In this document: positions 11,321 to 24,088 of the stretch, in pieces
Position numbering within the stretch: the stretch's first letter is position 1
Layout: each line of letters begins with the position of its first letter
Assembly (NCBI GenBank): GCA_965644295.1
Contig: CBFFRP010000348.1
Span: 186,001-250,000 of the forward strand
Direction of reading: 5' to 3'
DNA from: Paraphysomonas bandaiensis
Lineage: Eukaryota; Protista; Chrysophyceae
Length of the DNA stretch: 64,000 nucleotides
Notes under the pieces: generated by a model
Database searches by the model: none
The model's input: only the letters and a program-made list of their open reading frames with translations
What the model was told of the DNA's origin: nothing
Program-made: the position numbers and the translations under genes

Positions 11321-14300
11321 ATGTCCGGTGGCCCATTTCTTTGCTACCGTGAGTTGATTCCATCAACTGGGGTTCACTGTTCGACGTTCTTTCAATGTGA
11401 TAATGACAGCAACTATCTCATGACTTCCACAGCACATACATTGAACATATATGCGGTTCGAAGGGACGAAGGAGAGCCATACTTAGTTCACCGACTTAGC
11501 CAACACACAAATGGGCGCCCACAAGATATATGTACCATACCTTCAAAGCGCGGGATGGGTGCTTCGAATGATCGTATAATGATTACTTTCGACAAGGGAA
11601 AAATAGTTATTGCAGAGTACAGTGTACCTTTCAATACTCTTCAAACTATTTCAATGATAAATGCAGAAGAAGGGGCAATTGGAGACAGTGCTTTTGTGCA
11701 TAGTAGTGGAGCTAATAGCCGTTTGGTTCACCCAGGTATTGGTAGCGTGCCTTTCATATCATCGGATTGCGAAAATAGTCTTTGCTGCATTTCACTGTAC
11801 GCTTTTAAACTATTTTTTGTGCCACAACAACCGCAGTCGCTAGATTATTGTGATAAATATGCTAGTCCTTTCTTGGTGGATGTTTCATCTCTCAATCTAT
11901 CTGGAGCGATTCTAGATTTCTGTTTTCTGTCTGGTTATAGCCGACCCGTAGTGGCGATTCTCCAGGATAATGGCGCCTTACCAGTTGGGCATGCAGCCAG
12001 TGTGCTTCATACATGCTCAGTTACTGCACTTGCTGTGGATATTGCTATGGAAAACTGTGTGGTGCTGTGGCAACAGACTGACTTGCCCCACGACAGTGTG
12101 CGTTTACTGCGGCTGGACAGCTCTGTGGCCCGAGGGGGCGCACTGCTTGTCACTATGAATGCCTTGCTAGTAGTGACGCAAGAGAGTGTCCATGGCCTTG
12201 CAACGAATGGCTTTGCTAGGACCACTGTATCGGACCAGATTCCCTTGGTGCCATGGCCTTTACGTACGGGAGTGGAACTACATTCTTCCCGATGGCAGGA
12301 GGTCAGCTCGAGGGCTCCAGGCGGCGCAACAATATACGCTGTGTCATTACTGGATGGCACCTTGCTGTTAGTGAGGTTGGATCCAGTTGCTGGCGAATCT
12401 GTTTGCGGAGGAAGTATTCACTACGATGTGGATGTGCTGGGAAGCAGTATCCCAGCCACATGTTTCTCTGTTATGCCACCCCGTATGATTTCAGGAGTGA
12501 ATATAAACGTAGAAAATGTTGAAACAGATAGTGAGGTGCGAAGTGTGTGGTTTCTCGGCTCTGGGGTCTCCGACTGCTTGCTACTTGAGGCATCTCTTCA
12601 GGAGTATTTGCACGTACCTTCCAGACTGTTCACCCAGTATTCACAACAGCTGTCAACTTCTTTGCTAGGGGAAGTTGATTCATCCCCGTTTTGCGCTAAC
12701 GGAACTCCGGCCACAAAGAGGCAGCGCCGAATGTCGCGCGGAAATATGGGAAGCGTATCAGTGGATACCCCTTCTGGAACTCCACTTGCCACCCAAGATG
12801 CAGATGTGGCAACCTTGATGAAACAGGAGGAGGAGGCACTCTATGCGTCGTCTGCGCTCTCCATGGGTAGTGTCGCTGCTTCGGACGACTCAGCAAGGAG
12901 ACGAGGTGTGCGGTGTGTTTTACGTGTATCAGACACGATACCAGTTCTTGGCCCTGTTTTGTCCGCAAATTTTTTGACCAGTGATGAATCACTTTGTTCG
13001 AGCAGTGCAGTGTCGTGGAGCAGAAACAGTGAGTCTGTTGCGCCACCTGTTTTACATAGTGCTGCTGCATATATTGCAGAGCGGGAACGCAAGACTGCAC
13101 TTATGCTCTGCACAGGTGTAGGTGCGCAAGCCTCATTATCTAGAGTATCGAGAGGCTTGCGAATGGCTAAGATTGCATCCAGAAATTTTTCCGATATATG
13201 TGGCGTGTCATCATTGGTCTGTTCTTCTCAAGGCTGTACTTGTTTCTTTTTATCCCGTGATGGCGATGAACAGCAGGGGGTCGGGAGAGGGCTTAGTACA
13301 TCGACTAAGGAAACAACCCGTGTAATAATAGCTGGTCAAATTTCTGCTGTGTCAAAGAAAGGGTCTGAAGTATCATTTCGTGAACTTCCTCTAGAGAAAA
13401 ACTATTTCGTGGTAGACCACCGTACTGTTGCTGTAGGGTTTGTTACAGCTGCACGTGATGTGTGCATCCAGGCATATAGTAAGGGGTTACGTGTTGTTCG
13501 TCTTGGAGGTACTGTTGGAGAAGAGCTTACCATGGAAGCTCTCCAGGATGCCCTGTTGGGGGAAGATCTGGAAATGGGCGGAATGGGCGGATCTGTAGAC
13601 GAAAAGATTGTGTTTGCTGATTTTGCAGCATATGATGGTTGGGTTCTTGCGTTGTCATCAGTTGGTACACTGTATATCCTGAAGTATGATGAAGAAGAGG
13701 AATCTCTTGAGATGAAACACAAGATTCGATCTTCGATTATTGGTGAGGTCGAGGATGAACCGAGGGAGAGAATTCCCCAGGCCGATAAACTGGTGTCTGC
13801 AACATTCTTTATTGGAGAGCTTATGTTAGCTATAATGGAGAGTAGTTCTGTGCTTAGTAGCAACAAAATCAGTGTAGAAGATGAGGGTGAAATGTCGGTG
13901 GAAGATTCTGAGGAGAATATTAATAACAGCACGGACGCTACGTCTGAAGAGTACTTCTTCTATGGGAACTCTCTGCACAGTGGAGATGCCTCGACGAGTT
14001 CGGAGAGCACTGTAAATGACCATGATGTGGGCTCTGATTCTTGTCAACAGAATGGCGATAATTGCAAAGCATCACGTGATATATACATTGTTCTTGTGGA
14101 TAGAATGGGAAGAGTGTCATTCATAGAAATGACAATTGGAGGTAGCTCGAATATAGTTTTGAAAAAAGTATTCGAAAGCCCTGCACTTGGCGCTCTACCA
14201 GATGTGTTAATACCTGGAGATCTTAATCCGTCCCCTGTTGTGCAAACAGAAAATTCCTTGCCACCTCTTCCCCCGCCTAAGCGGTATGTCACGGAGGCAC

Positions 14301-16659
14301 GACTTTGCCGTATCGGTAAAAATGTTCGACGCACTCATGCGAAGTTATGTTTGGTGGCGCTTCTCAGCACTGGAGATGTTCTTGTGTATGATGCTGTGGA
14401 GGGTTACTATAATGCTGGTTCTAAGCATACTGCCATCCGCTCATTTTGCAAGGTTGAGCACACCTGTGCCACTAGACGGGGAAAAACTGCCCGTCTAGCC
14501 ATGCAGAAACTCCGACGAGCTGGACGAGTGGACGCTACTGATGGAAGCCACATCCCCTTTGCTTGTCAGCCAATGATAGTGTGCTCGTCTGACACGGATA
14601 GTGATGCTACTGTCGTTGTCTCTGGTGGGCACCCTCTTGTGGTGAGTAGTTGCAAAGGGTTGACCTCAGTCCAGCCAGTAGGATTCCCTGAGTTGCCTTA
14701 CGCAGGGACTGGGAGTCATATCACCTCATATTACTCAGCTGGTGCCACCAGAGGAATGGCTGTTCTTTGGAGAGAAGAAAAACTTGATGGCGATGTCTCG
14801 TCACATGGTGGTGGTCGACCTGCGGTTAGTACACTCTCTACCTTGGGCTTATACAAAGAGGTCCCACATCTCATCAGCTATCCTTCCAGCTCTGTTTCTG
14901 TTGTCAAGTCGAACGTTGGCACCACTACGCACAAAACAGTGGAACTTGTAGCGAAACGAACCAACGATAAAACTCAACAAGAATTATTGCGAACAAAAAC
15001 TTTTGTATTGTCATGCTCGGAGACAAAGGAGGTGCCATTTGTAAACGAAGTTTTAACTGCCAATGAAATTGAGGAGGAGAAAGGAACGTTTGAGAGATTT
15101 TTTCCTGATCTTGATAGCTTTTGTAACCCTGTGAATGATATTGGGGCCCCACCTAAGCTGGAGGAGACCCAGTACAAACTTGCTATTATGCAGGCAGGAG
15201 GGAAAATTGCAGATGAATATTCACTTCCTCCAGGGGAAAGGGTTCTAGATGTGTGTGCCCTGTACCTCACTGTCACAGGAGAGAACGAGAGTACTGAGAA
15301 TTCTGTGGAAGTGAATGGAGATACTTCCGAAAGAGGAGCACTACCTCCTGATCGTAAGAAGGCGTTCGTTGCGGCCTGTACTCAGATTGACGATAAGCAT
15401 GGTGAAGACACTCGAGGAGAAGGAAGGTTGTTGTTTTTTTCTCTGGATTATGCTATGTATCAGGAGGACCAGCGAAGCGAAAACGATGTGAACGCACATG
15501 ACTGGGCTGCTGAAGCGGAAAATGAAGTCAAGCAAGATGATTCTGCGAGAGAAAATGAGCAAGAACATCAATTGTCTGCACCGAGCGCAACGCAGTCAAC
15601 GGCACAGGCTCAATTCTACGGGTCTATTAAACCTAAGTTACGGTTGTTATGGGTCGGCCCCGGACCTGGAACTATCGTGAGGCAATTCAAGGAGGAATAT
15701 GTTATGTGTACAATTGGTTCAGAACTGTTCATATACAAGCTAGACCAGGCGAATATGGAACTAGACCAAATTGCGAAAATATTTGCCCAGGTATAGCTTT
15801 TTTGATTTTATATTCAGTGTAACGATGAATTGCAGTTTTACATATCCACCGTATCAGTCGTGAAAGATTATATTCTACTGGGAGATGCTTGTCGTAGCGT
15901 ACAGTTCATCGTTTGGAGGGAACGTGATAATTTGTTAAAGCCCCTTGGAAAAGATTATGACGATTTCGCCTGCGCGTCGGCTGAGTTTGTTGTAGATGGA
16001 GACATATTAGGAATCGCTGTAGGCGACGACGAAGGAAACATGAAGCTGTTACGTTATAATCCACGGTAAAGTATTGAACATACATCCACTGCTATTCTAA
16101 TTATGATGATAGTGTTGTTGAAAGCAAGAAAGGGTTCCGCCTACTCAATGTTGCTGATTTTCATTTGGGCGATGTGGCGTCGGTGCTTTCTCCTCACAGG
16201 GTTTTGGACTACCCTGCTGGAATGCCTAATAGGGCTCGTGCGAAGTCAGAATCTTCGCAAAGTCCACGACCTCCACCGCAGACGACTGCTCCGCTTGGCT
16301 CTCGCATGGAAAAGATGACTGGAAACAGAACATCGCTGTTGGTGGGTACGTGTGACGGCGGGCTAGGTGTGCTGGTTCCAGTGGAAGAGCGGATACATCG
16401 GCGTCTAGCGCTATTGCAAAGCATCATGGGGACCACTGTTCCCATGACGTGTTCCCTTAACCCGAGTGAGTTCCGATTATTAAAGACTTCTAAATTACGA
16501 ATGGAAAAAAAACGAGGCATATTAGATGGGGTTTTGTTGTGGAAATACATTAATTTGGAAGCTTCGTTGCAAGACGAATTAGCTGGTGCCATGGGGACGA
16601 CAGCGGATGCAATTATTGAAAATATTCAAGAGCTAGATTCTGTATCATCTTACTTTTAG
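11321..16659 (+). CDS. CPSF1: Cleavage and polyadenylation specificity factor subunit 1 (CPSF160), exons ~11321-15790, 15836-16065, 16113-16659
   Basis: Large beta-propeller-type ORF. The C-terminal CPSF_A region has GEDTRGEGRLL, VVKDYILLGDACRSVQFIVWRE, RLLNVADFHLG and DGGLGVLVPVEERIHRRLALLQ...ILDGVLLWKY. The likely start is MSGGPFLCYREL rather than the upstream ORF-track start. Confidence 0.88.
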
Positions 16660-16861
16660 CATTATAACTTCATTCAAGTAATAAAACACACTGCACATCT
16701 TCAATTTTCTACGAATACATTCTAATGAAATGCCACTAGTATGACAGAAATAAAGGTGATCTTAGGGGCGACGTCGTTACCATTGGAATTGTTACTTCAC
16801 TATACATGAAAGCTGGCTAGTTTTCTATGCATTATATATATAGTGTCATTCAATTTAAAAC

Positions 16862-18334
16862 TAGGACCTGGTAACCATTAATGGGTGCCCAATTCCCGGC
16901 AATTAGTAGATATGTCCCGGTAATTATAGTGGCCATTACACCTAACTAGATGATAATATCGCTCATAATAGATAGTGTGGTCCCCGGAATTACTAATTAT
17001 GTGTTAAATAACAGACTATACGAATCGTAACATCGTAACAACATATCATTATTATTCTTGCTCTCACTGGCAAATATATAAGGATCTTCTTGCAACGCTT
17101 CATGGAGGGTATAGTAGCATTCCACTGCATGTTATTGGCTCGTAGAAATATAGCAACGATTCTAGACGATATGTATTCCTATTTCGACTTTCCTTCAACA
17201 ACGTCGGACTCGCACCTTATTGTGGGCTTCTGGGGCATAACTATCGGGGATATTTCTCTGGGAAGCTAACGTGAGCCGCATATATAGTCAGCAGATATTG
17301 TTTTGCCCACTTATATAGCCAAATATCTGTGTTGTACAAGGGACACTTATTAGTGTCACTTGTGTAGACATCTTTTTTGGCCTTGAATAAACAGGCATCC
17401 GGAAATGGGCCCACCTTAAGGGCACACGGGGTATTGAGCTGTCTGTTGAAGTCAAGCATCCGGGCTGTTCACCTTAAGGACTCAAAAATCCTGAAGTCAG
17501 TAGATGTCAGGTATATCATGCTCACTGTGTTAAATTTTGCTTTGAGTGATAGAGCGAAAGTGGTTGCACCTTGGTGCTTACGGTGACGCGCAAGCAGCTT
17601 TCGTAGCGTTAAATAGTAGAATATCAGAGATAAGCATTGACTCTTAATAAATGGCTATTGCTAATAATAAGGAATTTACTACTAATCAACTTTGCACGAT
17701 CCTACGAATCGTAACTACACATCACCATTTCTCCGCACTCCACCGGCACATCAGGATCTTCTTGCAGGGCTTCATGGATGGTGTTAGTTTCCCACAACAT
17801 GTCATTGGGACGTAGGAATAAGAATATAATTCGCTTCATGTTTCTACGTTCAGGCGTCATAATCGACTTTTTATGACTACATAAAGGCCTCTCAACAACA
17901 TTAGATTGTAATTCGATAATACGAAGCAAGCTGCGGTAGTTGGACACATAGGTACTAAATCTAGCTCTTTTGGTGACCTCAGCGCTGTGCGAAATCAGTT
18001 ACTTCACTTTCGTCGTCGTGATTGCTGTCGGATGTTGGATGCACTAACATCAATGAATGAATGCAGTTGCTAATTTCTAACCGCTCTTCTCTCATTACCT
18101 GTTAACCCACTTTCATCGTTCCTCTGAATTTTAGCTAGGTGATCATTGCACAACGAATAAAAATGATACAGAGGATTTTACGAATCCACTCTGAAGAAGA
18201 CTCTGTAAACTACACTGCCAATATTATTGTTTGCCATTATCATCGTACTTTACTTTTGTCTGGTTAAGTAAGTAATGTTCCAATTCCAATAATTGCCAGT
18301 TAATGACACTACCATTCATGGCTATCAGGCCCTG
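16862..18334 (-). mobile_element. Degenerate hAT-like DNA transposon remnant with a nested repeat
   Basis: Imperfect inverted ends: taggacctggtaaccattaatgg (16862) and ccattcatggctatcaggccctg (ends 18334). Two decayed copies of a hAT C-terminal dimerisation-like peptide lie on the minus strand (17702-17947 SNVVER...IMTPERRNM...LFLRPNDMLW...HEALQED; ~17080-17170 LRANNMQW...LHEALQED). No matching TSD was found. Confidence 0.55.
17192..17670 (+). repeat. Dispersed repeat family A, copy 1
   Basis: Shares gagccgcatatatagtcagcagata, gaagtcaagcatc, ttgagtgatagagcgaaagtggttgcacc and aaatagtagRatatcagag with 46383-46850 and, inverted, with 45500-45836. Confidence 0.85.
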
Positions 18335-18566
18335 CAACTAATTATCGTAGAACTAATTTAAAAGTTTCTGGATAAATACAGTACGCAGAATGAATATAAT
18401 ATAACACGTATGTATTATTACCAAATTTGAAACACTAACATAGCCCCCTCTGCGTGGCATCAAACTCGAGGTAAACACCAAAATATCGACATTTTCGTTT
18501 CTTGAGCGCAACCGCTGAATTAAAAGCCATAAACTACAATACTCTGTACACGTCAGCCGGTTTCAT

Positions 18567-21462
18567 TCACACAACTTCTTCGATACCAATCAAATCCGTC
18601 TGATGCATGGAATCTGTAAGCTGATAAGAATGTGAGACATATAGTAGTTACCTTGGGCATACACCGTGAAACTTCAAGCAATATATCATCACCGATTGCA
18701 GTGTCAATATTTGCAAACTTATTGACTTCCAAAGTATCGTGTCTACCCGGCCAAACGAGGCTGTAAAGATCTCCCCTACACAACGTTGACTCCACCCCCT
18801 CAGCATCATTTCCATGTGCACACTGCATTTTCTGCTGATCCTTCAATACACTGTGCAAATTTTCCTTTTCTCGTTGTCGCTGAGGCAAACAGCAAATTCA
18901 CGACAATTAATCGAATACATGAGCACCTACCCGCACAACCTCCTGCTCAATTCTATTCACAGTTACGAGGCGGTAAACGTACACCGGACGAGTCTGTCCC
19001 TGTCGCCACACACGTGCCATAGCTATGGCGGCTCCAAATTATATAAAATTGTGAAAAGCGCCAGGAACGCACCTTGCTTGTCGACAGCTGGATTCCAGTC
19101 GCAATCCAACATAATAATTCGGTTCGCACCAATTCTACAATGTGTAACATAAGATGGTGTCGCAAGAATGGATATGCACTGACAAGTTGAGTCCCACTCC
19201 ACCCGCCTTTGCGGAGAGGAGGAAAATACTAGCCGAGCCACTTGGAGAATTAAATCGGTCAACCAGTGCCTGTCTCCTATCGGGTGGAACCCCGCCGTCC
19301 AAACGGAGAAATTTCCATCCCCGCTCCACCGCGAGGTCCTCAGCGTGCTGAAGCATCGCTCCAAAGTTTGACACAACCACCTATGGTGGACTATGAGTTC
19401 ATAAGGGTAAAATAACACGCTGTTACAATACCACTTTGCCTCCGCCTTTCCTTTCACGATCCCTGGTAATGCAACTTAGCATAGCATCCAGGATCTGTTC
19501 AAAATAAAATTCAATATATAGCAGAAAATTATACACAAGCATTGCCTCGTACCCGTAGTTTCACAGACTTATTTAGCAGCGCTTCCACTTCTTGCGCATG
19601 CTGCCATTTATTCGAATTACAATCGTCACTGCTATTGTTCTCAACCTCATCTCCCGCCGCATTACATATTTGTCGCAGTCTCTGAAGTCCAGGTAGAACT
19701 ATATCCGCCCTGCTTGAAGTTTCTTCTGAGGAATACGCTTCCTCGCACTCCCTGTACCAGTAGGACTCGATGGCATCCGAACCTCTGCCCGATTCATCCT
19801 CCCTGCAGACAGCATCACATCAGGAATTCCTGAACAATACCAGCACCATATACCCTATAACATCACGGGCAGTGATCCGGTAAGCATTCTCTTGTGCGTT
19901 TGATAGACCGGTAAACAGAAAGAACTCCCGCCTGGGTGGAAGTATGTTAGTGAGAACTTCCTGTTGAGTGCGTCTGATCATAAGACTGTCCAGCACACTC
20001 TTGAGGAAGGTGTGGGCATCTTCCGCAGCAGCCTGGAAATATTCAGACGAGGGGTCACGAGAGCGCTGCTCAATCGGGTCGACCACGCGGGCCCTGAACG
20101 CCGCTAGAGATCCTGTCTGCAAAGTTAGCATCACATGAGAGGCTGTGAATGCACCCACCAAGATCATTCTCGGGTGCTACAAATTGAAGCACTGCGTATA
20201 GTTCCTCAAGGTCATTCTGTACAGGCGTACCAGTGAGAACCAGTCGACGCCTGGCTCGACATGTGCTGCGTCACATACAAGTCAATTACAGATTATATCC
20301 TTCTACCGGAGCAGCGTCTCACCTCAAAGCAGTAATTGTCTTCGTGCCACTCACGTTTTTGAGTCTGTGTCCTTCATCACATACAATAATGTCGAGCTGT
20401 GAAACTTCATTTAGCGCATCAGCATGCCTACGAAACATCTACACAAGGAGTTTCAGGCGCAAGATAAACACATGTTGCACCACCTCATAGCTTATCACCA
20501 AAACCTGGAAAACACACAAATGCATCAACTATGGTAACTACCGCATTACTTGGCAGCATTACCGGGGTCATTGCAGGATGACCTACGCGAAACGTACGAA
20601 TAGCACGATCTGCAAGGGGGCCGCTTCTGACGCAGAGTGGCTTCAATTTGACACCCATCCACTTTCTCATCTGTGGATAAATTATTCGCAAGGTCCGAAT
20701 CAATGTGGCACCCACCGACCTCCTTCTCCCAGTTATCGACGAGAGAAGATGGGCAAACCACTACGCCCTTTCCCCTTCCACCCTTAACATACGCCCACAG
20801 TACTGCTATGGCTGTCAGTGTCTTTCCAAGTCCTACACACTGTTATATCACAGCATAATTTCCACATACGTACCCATTTCGTCGGCCAAGATCGCCCCAT
20901 ACACTGGAAAAGGACAGGATGTGTTCGAGTCCAAAACTTCAGCAGCTGACTCATCAAAGTCTCGACCCTCCTCTAGTATTTTGCTATTTGGCTCCAGACA
21001 ATTTAGAATAAACTGAGCGCCCTCAATCTGGTGGGGCTTCATCACCCTCTGAAGCGACTGGTCTATTGCACCACAGTTCACAACTGGAAACGTGCCAGCT
21101 TTCACATTAGTAGTGTTCTTATGTACTGAACTATAACGACTCTTCACAGCAGGTGCTGATATTCTCTGAGGAGGGCATGTGGCTTGCGACTGCACAGAAG
21201 GTGCCGGCTCCTCCACCTGAATGTGGAACTGGCCGATAGAAAACTCCTCTTGCTGACAACAACTCTTCGCCTGATCATCATTGATAACCTTTCGGACACA
21301 TTCTTTACTAGATTCATCCAGCAGAGTGGCGATATAGCCGTGTGTCCTCTTGTTCAGCACGAATGTTCCATCATGATAGATTTTCCTCTTCTTGTGCATG
21401 TCCTTAGTATACAGCACTGATATAGACCGCCCACAGTCACTCACACTATCAGAGTCTGACAT
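18567..21462 (-). CDS. RAD54B: SNF2-family DNA translocase RAD54B/Rdh54-like with N-terminal DUF2439-like domain (multi-exon; last exon uncertain, stop at 18567 or 18553)
   Basis: N-terminal VLYTKDMHKKRKIYHDG. SNF2 motifs across exons: MKPHQIEG, GAILADEMG(L)GKT, VCPSSLVDNWEKE, CDEGHRLKN, LTGTPVQNDLEE, RLDG, LSAKAGGVGLNL, DCDWNPA, AMARVWRQGQ. Confidence 0.85.
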
Positions 21463-21569
21463 GAGAAGAGGAGACTATGAGCTACGAGCTATTCATGGCT
21501 TCCTGGTGTGGTTAGATGCTCTTGTGACACAAACATAATTCGAAATACGAATACCCGCCAACAGACACC

Positions 21570-21920
21570 ACATACATACATACATACATACATACATACA
21601 TACATACATACATACATACATACATACATACATACATACATACATACATACATACATACATACATACATACATACATACATACATACATACATACATACA
21701 TACATACATACATACATACATACATACATACATACATACATACATACATACATACATACATACATACATACATACATACATACATACATACATACATACA
21801 TACATACATACATACATACATACATACATACATACATACATACATACATACATACATACATACATACATACATACATACATACATACATACATACATACA
21901 TACATACATACATACATACA

Positions 21921-21950
<30 letters not shown>
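21570..21950. repeat. Perfect (TACA)n microsatellite, about 95 units, between divergent RAD54B-like and TMEM242-like genes
   Basis: Uninterrupted catacatacata... run is directly visible. Confidence 0.98.
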
Positions 21951-21954
<4 letters not shown>

Positions 21955-22128
21955 CATATACAGCAGAGTACCTGCCACTCATCGCATGAAGGTTGGTGTG
22001 TACTTATGTCCAATCCATTGTATAGCTCTGGGGTTCCTAGGAGTCCCTCTCATATACCAGTTGGATCATATAATAACATCATTTAATATCCGAACAGCAT
22101 TTAGGTGCTCAGTACTGGTTGTGTATAT

Positions 22129-22686
22129 ATGTCGTCAACGGAAGACAAGACTGACGAGAATCAAACATCGCTCTTCACAGCATCAGTGATATCATTCGGT
22201 GCTTTGTCGGGTGGATTCGTCGCTGGCACTTTATGGCAGTTCAGAAAGTCTAATTTCAAGTTGAATTTTAGGAAGCATCATAGTGATATTGCTTTTGCGA
22301 GTAGGGCACTGCTTGCTGGATCCGCATTATGTTTCGGGACATTTGGAGTCCTGGCATCTGTGTTCATGTTCACAACTGGCGTATCGTCTTTCGTAGATCT
22401 AAAATATTTCATGAAATCGATCGCAACGGGTACTAAAGTTAATGGCCCATCTGAAGATCTGGTGAGGTATAAAAAAGTGACAGCGAATATGACTTTTTCT
22501 GAAGAGTGCGACTATTTATACAAGCTCCACATTGCTCCACATTTAAATTCTACCTCTACCGAAGAAAGCAACACAGATGATAGTAAAAGCTCTATGGAAA
22601 TTGAAAATTTTAGTGCGGAAGAGTTCCATTCAAAAGAAACGCCGAACCTTCAGAGCGAATCAGAGTTCAGCTCGTCTCAAAATTAG
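22129..22686 (+). CDS. Two-TM membrane protein, TMEM242/DUF1358-like
   Basis: Single-exon ORF MSSTEDKTDENQ... with two hydrophobic segments. The motif FASRALLAGSALCFGTFGVLASVFMFTTGVSSFVDL recalls TMEM242 (ALRALGWGS...ALGVHSM). The family call is from memory only. Confidence 0.6.
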   Translation: MSSTEDKTDENQTSLFTASVISFGALSGGFVAGTLWQFRKSNFKLNFRKHHSDIAFASRALLAGSALCFGTFGVLASVFMFTTGVSSFVDLKYFMKSIATGTKVNGPSEDLVRYKKVTANMTFSEECDYLYKLHIAPHLNSTSTEESNTDDSKSSMEIENFSAEEFHSKETPNLQSESEFSSSQN

Positions 22687-23051
22687 TTGTTGATGACTGT
22701 TTTTTGTTAGTATGATGTAGTTCACGTATATTTCTTTCAGACGATAATATAAAATTTTAGCTACTAAGTTAATGGAGTTGCTGTGAAATGATATTTCGAA
22801 GTGAATTGGTGACTTTGAATGCGTTCAACATGAAATGTCAAAGCGTGCACCTAGTCTATATTCTATATATATATATATATGAGATATGAGGTATTGGGAA
22901 ATATAATTCAACCTGGTCAAATTGGTGTGAAAATCTAGTCAGGTGATTGGAAAACCTAGTCACTGATCAATTACGAATTCGAGTATAACTAACAACGAGT
23001 AAGTGTTTAAGGCTTTCACTTTGTATTCAAGCATGTCAACATACAACATAC

Positions 23052-23900
23052 GGGATATATTATTCAACCTAGTCAATTTGGTGGAATTTCCTAGTCATTC
23101 CATTTTCGGTGTAAAAACCTAGTCAAAGCCATAAATGACTCAACCTAGCCAATTATAGTATTAAACCTAGTCGTTCTTACATCCATTGATTACACATTGC
23201 GACTGTCTAAGATACGCGCACACACCACACAACATATTGATGGCTCGTAGAGCATCACAACAAACATAACAATTCATTCATATCTACATAAATATCTACT
23301 TAACAGTGTATGTGTATGTATATGCAGCATATCTGTATAGCTTATTAGTGTACGATGGGTCTCTTATCAGTGTTATGAGGAAGAGGAGTGGTCAGTGTAG
23401 CTGTGCTGTGGACATACCCCCATGAATATACGTCGACAGAAACCTGGAGATCTTCATACGCTATGAGTGAGATCGCTTACCTTCCTTCAGCGACTTGCTT
23501 GTTGAGCGACTGTTTTGACTTCCAGGAGGGCATGAATACCCCATGTTTCTAGACCGATTAAGAAAAAAGAGGGGTTTTCATGTCAAAGTCTGTGTATACA
23601 AGAGCGAGAAAGGTTTTCGATGGCAGCGTCGGTTCTCTGATGCCCCTGATGAGATATTTGTCCATCCTAAGATACGATGCTGAAATATATGATGCACATT
23701 GAATATTGCATGCATGCAATATTTGCTAGAGTATGCTCCCACGTTTGACTAGGTGAATACCCTATTCCACCTAGTCATTGTAAAGTTAAAAATCTAATTA
23801 TTTAATGACTAGGTTTTTCAACCTTTTGACTAGGTTTTTCAACCAATTTTGGTGTGACTAGGAAATTCCACCAAATTGACTAGGTCGAAAAATAGATCCC
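23052..23900. mobile_element. Non-autonomous Mutator-like (MULE) element, 849 bp, ~46-bp TIRs, 10-bp TSD, internal cargo
   Basis: Left end gggatatattattcaacctagtcaatttggtggaatttcctagtca; the reverse complement of the right end is gggatctatttttcgacctagtcaatttggtggaatttcctagtca. Flanked by direct repeat TACAACATAC (23042-23051 and 23901-23910). Subterminal CCTAGTC repeats on both sides. Confidence 0.9.
23355..23683 (+). pseudogene. Two-exon cargo ORF inside the MULE (in-frame TGA at codon 8)
   Basis: ATG at 23355. A 59-nt GTGAGA...TTCCAG intron (23467-23525) joins the two parts into a 90-codon frame ending TGA at 23683. Product unrecognised. Confidence 0.4.
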
Positions 23901-24088
23901 TACAACATACTCTTCCAACTTCCAATCATGTATTGCTATACATGCAATACATCATATTACCGGTAGCAAATCGGAATTTGGGCAAGACGCCAATCACTGA
24001 AGGCAACATTACAGAGTACACATGTATTATATTTATATACAAAAATATAAAAACTAGCAGCGATAACAAGGGCCTCCAATGACAAATT

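Noticed and set aside
21489-22086. ORFs encoding (CMYV)n and (HTYI)n, also at 36725-37114
   Set aside because: They are translations of the (TACA)n microsatellite, which has no stop codon in any frame.
23376-23378. Selenocysteine reading of the in-frame TGA in the MULE cargo ORF
   Set aside because: No redox motif context and no SECIS identified; a nonsense mutation is simpler.
22900-23900. CRISPR-like array from recurring CCTAGTC motifs
   Set aside because: Eukaryotic context, irregular spacing and inverted symmetry; explained as transposon subterminal repeats.
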